Position numbers and translations under genes: made by a program. DNA of 64,000 bases from Eledone cirrhosa (Eukaryota). Positions 55,757 to 64,000 of this stretch are shown here, one piece after another. The notes under the pieces are model-generated. The model made no database searches, was not told the origin of the DNA, and saw only the letters and a program-made list of their open reading frames with translations. The stretch is taken from contig OZ024740.1 in NCBI GenBank assembly GCA_964016885.1, forward strand, positions 167,958,001 to 168,022,000, given 5' to 3'. Each line of letters starts with the position of its first letter. Position 1 is the stretch's first letter.

Positions 55757-56860
55757 CTTCTTCTTCTTCTTCTTCTTCTTCTTCTTCTTCTTCTTCTTCT
55801 TCTTCTTCCTGAGAGTATCGTGGGGACAGAGACCTCAATCACTCCTTCCAGATAGTCCTGTCAGAAGCAACCGTTTCCAATTCATCCGGTTGGATCTCCA
55901 AGCGAGACAAGCCAAGCTAATGGATGTTATCCAACCATCTTGCTCGGGGTCTACCCCAGTGTCTCCTGCCGGCTGATTTTACCCGTCAAATCAGTCCAGC
56001 GATTCTTTCCTGAGACATTCCAACTACATGCCCGTAGTATCTGAGCTGTGATCTCTCGATTCTGAGAAATAGCAGCTCTCTGATCTCCGAGCTACGCACT
56101 CTGTCGAGTAATGTTACTCCAAAGACCTTTCGGAAGAATTCCATGTCAGCCATTTGTATTCATGATCATATTCTTTCAATCATTATCCAAGATTCATAGC
56201 CATAGATAAGTGTTGACATGAATACCGAATTGAAGACAGCGAGTTTGGCTTTTACACCTACCTCCCTTACTCTGATTACCGAATGCTGAAACTGTTGCAT
56301 TACTATACCAGCTACTGCAATTCTTGCACTTAATTCAAACTTTGGGATACTTGATCTGCTCCACCTGGCTCAGTGGAACTCCTTGTAGAGTGCACTGCGC
56401 AGGTTTCCTTGAGAGGACGAGTGTCTCAGTTTTCTCAGCACTGATTTTCCTTCCAGCCATGCAACACTCGCATCAAACCTATAAAGTGCATTTCGGAGAT
56501 CATCTTCTATCGAGTTAAGTAATTCAATGTCGACTGTAAATTCCAGACGACTGATTCTACACCCGCCAGTCATAACACCACTTCCAACCCGGCTGTCCAT
56601 GGCAATCCTGTTCATGAAAATAATTGTTTCTACTTTAGGCACAACGCCACTTTATTTTATCGACCCCGTAAGGATGAAAGGCAAAGTTAACCTCGGCGGG
56701 ATTTGAACTCAGATCATAAAGTGACGTAACTCTATGCTTCAAAGCATGGTATCCGACTCTCTACCGATACTACCAATCCTCCTGTTCATGAAAATAATGA
56801 ACTGGAGAGCTAACAGTACGTACCCTTGGCGGAATCTGACTTCAACTTTGAATGGTATCG
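55757..56860 (-). mobile_element. RTE-clade LINE, 3' part of RT with a (GAA)n tail, interrupted by a SINE
   Basis: FRQGYVLLALQFIIFMNRI (RQG motif) and WGRPRARWLDNI (RTE C-terminal motif). (TTC)n at 55757-55809. Confidence 0.85.
56625..56779 (-). mobile_element. SINE inserted in the RTE
   Basis: TSD TCCTGTTCATGAAAATAAT at 56606-56624 and 56780-56798. Confidence 0.93.
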
Positions 56861-57721
56861 GATAAACGGTGCTAAATCGAAACCATTTAATTTGTAAATA
56901 TATTTAACTATTTTAAGTTATATCAATAGATCTATATTACATATATATTAAATTATATATTGACTGGATAGTCATGGCTGGAACACATTTATTATTTCCT
57001 AGTATTGAATTTATTAAAATACAATGTTTTGTTGCAATGTATGTAGAAATACTGATGTGTATAAATATCAGGTTTATAAACATTTCGCGTTTAGCCGTCA
57101 ATATAATAGAATGGTGGTTGATGTAGGGAATGTCCCGCAATGGAAATTATATGTAGAATAAGGAAAAGAAAAAAATTCGGTTACTTTTTTTAGTAAGTGG
57201 TGGTGATGATAGTGGTAGTGGTGGTGGTGGTGGTGGTGGTTTTGACAGATTTTGTAGGGATGTGGTAGTGGTGTCGGTGGTTGACATCGTGGTCACGGTG
57301 GTGGTAGGTGTTGTTGTTGTTTGTGGTGGTGGTGGTGGGTGTTGTGGGGTGGGATGTTTCAGCTCAGTAGATGACATTCGTGGCAGTTTTTGTGATAATG
57401 CTGTTGATGGTGTTAATATATTGGTAACAGGGCTTCTTAGGGGTACAGGTAGTACTGATTGAGGGTTTTCTGGTAGTGGTAATTTGGTGGTAGTTGGAAA
57501 GACGAAGATAGTTTTCGCGCTGGTAGAGGTCGTGGTAGTGCTGCTGCTAGTGCTGGTGGGCATGGTGATGATTGTAGTAGTGATGACGGTAGTGGTGATG
57601 ATGGGTTTTTGTTGATGGTATTGGTGGTCGTCGAGGGAGATGGCTTTGGTTATAAGGATAAAAATGGTGGTTATGGTTCTGGTTGTGGTGGTAGTGGTGG
57701 TGGTGGTGGTGGTGGTGGTGG

Positions 57722-57756
<35 letters not shown>

Positions 57757-58482
57757 GTGGTGGTGGTGAGGTAGAGGTGAATGTGGTCGAGATGCATGTG
57801 ATACTCGGAGGTGAGGTGTCACTTTAATCCACTCATAATATATAGCCTTTGTTCAAAAAGGTCGTGTAAAGGTGAAGTCATTTCTTGAAGACCAGCCGCA
57901 TGTCACCATGACTGTCATTTATATAGAAAAGAAAAGGTGGAGGGTGAGGTGGAGTGTACGTTTGTAGTGCTGGGGCGGAGGGGAGTGTTCATGGTGATAA
58001 TGATGATGATGGAGTCGACGCTGGGGTAGGGATGATAGGAGTGGTAGTTACATAGAGAAGAGGTTGTGGGGCGGTGATGGTAAGTTGATGATAGTGGAGG
58101 GTGGGAATGCTGATGAATATGGCAATGATGATGACGGTGGGGGGAGGGGTTATGATAGTGGCGGTAGTTGCAAAAGGGATGGTGGTGGTGGTGGTGGGAT
58201 GGGGGTCAAGGCGTGATGGTGGTGGGTGACAATATTTGTAGATGAATCGATTATAGAAGGAAGTAGGTGGAAGAGTAAGGGAGAAGGGAAAGGTTTAGAA
58301 CAATAAGACGATCGAGCAGGAGTTTAGAAACAAGAAAGGCTTGAAACAATGCAAACAATACACAAGGAACAATAGAAGTGGTAGTGAGAGAAGCTGAAAG
58401 TAAGAAGCAGGCATATATAATTACTGTGTTGATTTGAGATTAATGTCCGCCTATAATCTCACTAATCAAATTATTCGAAGTG

Positions 58483-58584
<102 letters not shown>

Positions 58585-58697
58585 TATAGGGATTGTAACG
58601 TCCTGTTACTGTAGGTTCACCAGTGTGAGAACTCGATGCGTAGTTTTCAGTAAGTATAGAGGTGTAGGACTAAACAGAGTGTAATAATAATAATTAT

Positions 58698-58793
58698 TAT
58701 TTCTACTTTTGGCACAAGGGTAGCAATTATCCCAATACATTACTGGTACTTTATTTTATCGACCCTGTAAGGATGAAAGGCAAAGTTAACCTC
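58698..58793 (-). mobile_element. 5'-truncated SINE
   Basis: Family tail and body. Confidence 0.88.
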
Positions 58794-58859
58794 ATGTCTT
58801 CATGAAAACGTAACAAATCGTCCGTTTTATTATTTTTATTCTAAAAGAAAAAGTCTGTC

Positions 58860-59085
58860 TTAAGCCATTAGGCTTATCTGGCCGGTGTTTATCCCGGTTT
58901 CATGGCATGACGCGACTGATAACAAGACTCCTCCCTGGACAGGACGCCAGTCGATCGCAGGGTTAAACCCCCACCTATTGCTGGTAGTCATTTTCAGCTG
59001 AGTATACTAGAGCAAGGTAAAATTAAGTGTTTTGCTCAATCGAACCCGCGACATTATGATCGTAAGTCCAACACCCTTACATCTA
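58860..59085 (-). mobile_element. Second tRNA-derived SINE type (CORE-like)
   Basis: Minus strand: GGTTCGAT B-box remnant followed by TTGAGCAAAACACTTAA. Confidence 0.55.
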
Positions 59086-59106
59086 GGGCCTAGAGTCTAG
59101 GCTACT

Positions 59107-59282
59107 GTCAGTATCGGTAAAGAGTCGGACGCCATGCTTTCCAGCATAGCTACGTCCCTTTACGGTCTGAGTTCAAATGCTGCCGAGGTTAACTTTGCCT
59201 TTCATCCTTACGGGGTTGATAAAATAAAGTACCAGTAATACACTAGGATAATTGCTGGCCTTGTGCCAAAAGTAGAAACAAT
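59107..59282 (+). mobile_element. tRNA-derived SINE with an (ATT)n tail
   Basis: Matches the family consensus. Confidence 0.92.
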
Positions 59283-59287
59283 TGTTA

Positions 59288-59448
<161 letters not shown>

Positions 59449-60082
59449 CAGGTCACCAGTTGGTGCTACTGGAAACATGTATCCCAGTACAACCTGTCCA
59501 ATGGTCGGGTCGTTGGCGACAAAACTGGCAACCCCACCAAGGTTTCTTGGTGAGGAGGGTGACTTTGGACATCCTGCAGGACTAAAAACAAAACCTGTCA
59601 AAGGGCAAAGGAGCTCTTAAGAGTCAATGGCCATCCAAAATCACCGGGAGAGATGACCCCTTAGCCTTTGTCAAGGCAGAATTCTAGGAAAAGGAAAACT
59701 CTGATATAACACCTGCAACCCTGATGGTATCCAATGATGTTAACTTGTTCTTCTTTTTGGTAAATATCATCTTGGTTAAGAGAGTGGCACTGGCTTTGTG
59801 CAGTGCCTTTGCTCACTATAAAAGCTTCACGGCATAGGCATTGCTTTATATCTGGAGATCTCTCTGCATTTGTCGTCACATGGTGCCATGGGCCCAGCAC
59901 TATGTGTCAATAATTGTCACAGGTGTAGTGTTTGTACCAGAGATTTCAAGTCGCTGGCTGGACTAAAAAGTCACACTTGTTTAGCGCATCGGTAGGGGTT
60001 CTCCTACATGGATATAAAGTAGTGGCCGTACTCGAAAACGAGTTGGCAGCCACCATATATATATATGTATATATATATATAT

Positions 60083-60271
60083 AACGAAGGAAATGTGGTA
60101 AGGAACCAGGTGGACCATAACGCACCAAAGTACTCAATACTTGGGGTAGTAGAGTGGGTAATAGGAACCAGTAAGACCCCGACGGCTGAGCTCAAGCCAT
60201 TTCGACGGCTAATTCTGGACTGAATTAGCCGTCGAAACGGCTTGAGCTCAGCCGTCGGGGTCTTACTGGTT

Positions 60272-60275
<4 letters not shown>
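60083..60275. mobile_element. Family A palindromic HHR-half element in (TA)n
   Basis: Inverted tail plus palindrome 60161-60275. Confidence 0.85.
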
Positions 60276-60360
<85 letters not shown>

Positions 60361-60378
60361 GTGTGTGTGTGTGTATGA

Positions 60379-60481
60379 AGGCGCGTGGCTAAGTGGTTAG
60401 AGAATTGGATTCGCAATTGTGAGGTTGTGAGTTCGATTTCCGGACCAGGCGATGCGTTATGTCCTTGAGCAAGACACTTTA
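60379..60481 (+). mobile_element. tRNA-derived SINE head with the start of a CORE-like domain
   Basis: GGCGCGTGGCTAAGTGGTTAGAG A-box, GAGTTCGATTTC B-box, TGTCCTTGAGCAAGACACTT. Confidence 0.75.
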
Positions 60482-60931
60482 GTTATCTATCTGGAGTTGC
60501 GACCGATAGATAGTATTAGCAATTGGAAATACCAATGGAAGCATTGTTTCCTCGGTCCGAATTGACGAAAGTCGATCGACTGTCGATATATGTATATATA
60601 TATGAATGTATGTATAGTATATTTGGCAATATACCGTATGTTTAGCTAGAAACATTTAGAAGACCATACGCTATCAGTTTTAAAGTAGTGGCTATGTCAC
60701 TTACTTCTTTTCGGCAAAAGAAGGGAGAAAAGCTGAGTCTGTTTCACTCCAACCAGCGTGAAACAGACTGTCAGCTTTTCTCCACGTACTGCCCTGCTTT
60801 CACCGAAAATTATAGCATAATTATAGAAAATATTGACTAACATATTATGGTTCACAAAACCCAATCAAAAGCATAAATTGAGAAATACGAATCTACCATT
60901 AACTATATATCAATGTTCGTCTCTCCTTACA

Positions 60932-61031
<100 letters not shown>

Positions 61032-61440
61032 AGAGAGATACCTACATGCATACATGGTGGCCGCCACTGGATTTCGCGTAATTCCAACGCTTGATACTTA
61101 AACATAAGCATCACGAACGTGGCCTTTTAGTCCTAAATGTCACATATCAAACGATGCCCGTGCTTGAAGCTTGTTTAAGTGAAGAAAGGCTTTGCACGGG
61201 ACCAATCCCACTCTCTGACATCGTATGCATTTAACCAAAAAGTAGTACCGATCTATATCATTGCCTGCAAACGAATTCGCAGGTTTTATATCAGTGACCT
61301 TCTTCTAGTGAGATGTCTTAATGAAGACAATGAGCCGCTCGCCTCAAAAAAATCTTTATTGGATGGCCGTTGACTCTCCTGAGTTCCTCTGCCCTTTTAC
61401 ATTACTCATACATACATACATACATACATACATACATACA

Positions 61441-61474
<34 letters not shown>

Positions 61475-62552
61475 GAACACAACTAGTTAGGAAATTATAA
61501 GTACAATCCATTAATGGAACAGAAAAAATATGTAAAACATTCCAAAAGTGTTGCATCTAATAACTGCATATACACATATACAGATACAAAGCATATACAC
61601 ATGCACACATACAACTCAAAACATACACATCTACACATACAGTAACATCCATATCTACACATGCATGCATATATACATATCTACCTAGTTGATGTTGTGT
61701 AAATTCCAATGAGAGAGTCTTGTGTCTATGTTAGAAACCGACTCTCTCTCTCTATTGGTAAAACTTTGTGAAATTATAAAACCAGAAGAATATACATACA
61801 TACATACATACATACATACATACATACATACATACATACATACATCCATACATGCATAAATATATACATGCATACATACACAGAGATAGACAGACAGACA
61901 TAGAACGAAATAAAAATTCCCAAGAATATACACTGAAAATGTTTATGTTACATACATACATGTCTGATGGCACCATCAACGATAAACATCTATGTGTATC
62001 TGAATACTTTTCGCTACAATTATGCTGATCTACTCCTCCTGTATTCTGTTCTGCATTGCAGTATAGTATTAAAACAAAACAACTAATTTCTGAAATTGAT
62101 TTCTATATATTTCCCCGTTGGAAGCACAATTCACCAGCTGTTCAATAAACAGAACAATGCTGGTCTCAGCTTCATTTCTGCACTATAACAGTAAGTTGTA
62201 ACCGTGCTAAATACATTTAGTAACCATGTGCCCAGTAACCATACAATCGATCCTTTGCTTTGCGTCTAAGAAACAGATGTGTAACCGATATTTTGTCTCT
62301 TCACGACTTAGATGTATGAGAGATAACGACAACTATATAATTGACAAGTTATGTCCCACTGCCTGCAAACGTAATATGGAAGCGTTAAATTATCAACGCA
62401 ATATTCACTCTTCCTTTCTAGATCTCTCGTTTACTACATCTTACATCGCTATATATCAACGATTCTTCAAGAGCCATTGCTCAATTCATAGATCCACTTT
62501 TAAATATGTAAGAGAAAAGCTAAGGGTTTTCTAGCTAAGATCGGAGCCAATT

Positions 62553-62643
62553 TTTTTTATATCACGATTTTCACGTTTTTTATATCACGATTTTCACGTT
62601 TTTTATATCACGATTTTCACGTTTTTTATATCACGATTTTCGC
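62553..62643. repeat. 23-bp tandem repeat, about 4 copies (TTTTTTATATCACGATTTTCACG)
   Basis: Direct, identical units. Confidence 0.95.
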
Positions 62644-63744
62644 TTCTAGAAATATTTGAAACTTCTACAATTTTTGTAATAAAAGATTTCAATTCCAAAC
62701 TAAACACAAGGAATTTGGAATTTAAAAACAAATGAATTAATGAGCAAGAGCCATCACATGTTTTACTTTGACATCTTTAACAGAGTAGCCGAACCGAATT
62801 GAGAATCAGAGCATGAAGCAGTCATAGCGGAAATTCCCTAAATCCTATCAGAGACAATGTAATCTCTTTTGGTTCTGACTTTGACTCTGACTATTAGTTT
62901 CTGGAACGCTAACAATCAAATGGCCTGTAGTTTCTATAGAAGACAAATGTGAATATTGGGAACCGAACATTGGGTCACATCAACGTTGATAGTTTATGAG
63001 TGAGCTCTATCAACATGCCGCGATTGAGTGATCAGATAAGAAGCCACTGATCCAAGGGACAAGACAGAAATAGAATTCATTGCTGGGCATGTTTGAACGA
63101 AGATTTGTATGCCAGACACAGTTGAATGCTTTACTGACGTCAAGTGCAATAACGTTGTTTTAACAACGTTATTGAGGACGCATACTAATGAGTGAAATAA
63201 GTGAGTTGTTCTCTAGTAAGGAGTGAGAAGTATTCAAAGTGATAATGAATTGTGTTGTGAAAGGCTATACCCATCACTTTTGTAATACCGGATATTCGAT
63301 ATCCATTTAGATTTTACACTTATTTATGTCGTCAATTTAATTACGAAAGTGATATCCTGTTCTTATGTCCACTGTTTTATACATTAAATGATATCGAGAC
63401 AGATATCCATTGTAATATCTCATTGAACTGTCCTTATTTGTCCTTCGTGGAGGTTAGTATTCTCGTCCAGATTTGTGTCTAGCCTAAGAATAGCTATTTT
63501 ATTATCTACTCGTGTTTATATTGCCCACTCATAGAGCCAGCGTAATCCCCTATCAATTGACTGTTCATTTTATGATTAACCACAATATCAAATTTATATT
63601 CTTTAATGAAACCATGTTGTTGTTGAAGATGTTTAACTCCAGCTCATCCATAATCAAGTAAACCTATCTAAAAGGCATTTCAATTGTGACAATTACATAT
63701 TTTTTTCAGATATCTAAGATTTTATTATTCAATGTGTCATTCTT

Positions 63745-63803
<59 letters not shown>

Positions 63804-64000
63804 TATGTAAAACAGTGGGCTGTGGTCTGAAAGGGATTTACCTATTATTTCTAGCATGTGGAAAGACTACAAAGAGTTTCCCTCGACAATTTAGAGTCAA
63901 GATGATGTCCAAGACGAAAATATTCATTATTTGGGCCGATTATAATTCCCTGTGTCATGATAGTCAGACAAGTCAGTTCTATTTTGCAAGCTGATAATCC

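Noticed and set aside
57147-58230. 216-aa Thr/Pro-rich ORF as a host gene or LINE ORF1
   Set aside because: It is (GGT/GAT/GCT)n low-complexity sequence with no recognisable domain.

Overview
Eukaryotic, AT-rich, microsatellite-saturated genomic DNA with no intact long host CDS. The repeat content looks like a coleoid cephalopod, probably Octopus (inference, not a database result). Most listed ORFs are translations of microsatellites. Supported content: (1) three head-to-tail Tx1/L1-clade non-LTR retrotransposon copies (13.35-21.38 kb, minus strand), each bounded on both sides by (GATA)n, which suggests a (GATA)n-targeting family; (2) a dense set of type I hammerhead ribozyme (HHR) motifs from several unrelated families (about 5 well-formed, more than 10 degenerate or half copies), mostly in short inverted-repeat or tandem structures in or near (TA)n tracts, with one tied to a Penelope-like GIY-YIG C-terminus; (3) about 20 copies or fragments of one tRNA-derived SINE, many with clean 12-20 bp target-site duplications (TSDs); (4) a Helitron RepHel relic and non-autonomous Helitrons, RTE and CR1 fragments, and a second L1/Tx1 ORF1 relic; (5) 35-bp, 27-bp and 23-bp minisatellites and a 6-kb composite satellite block; (6) four low-confidence plus-strand micro-exons, suggesting the window may be mostly intronic. 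All folds and alignments were done by eye, and coordinates may be off by a few bases.
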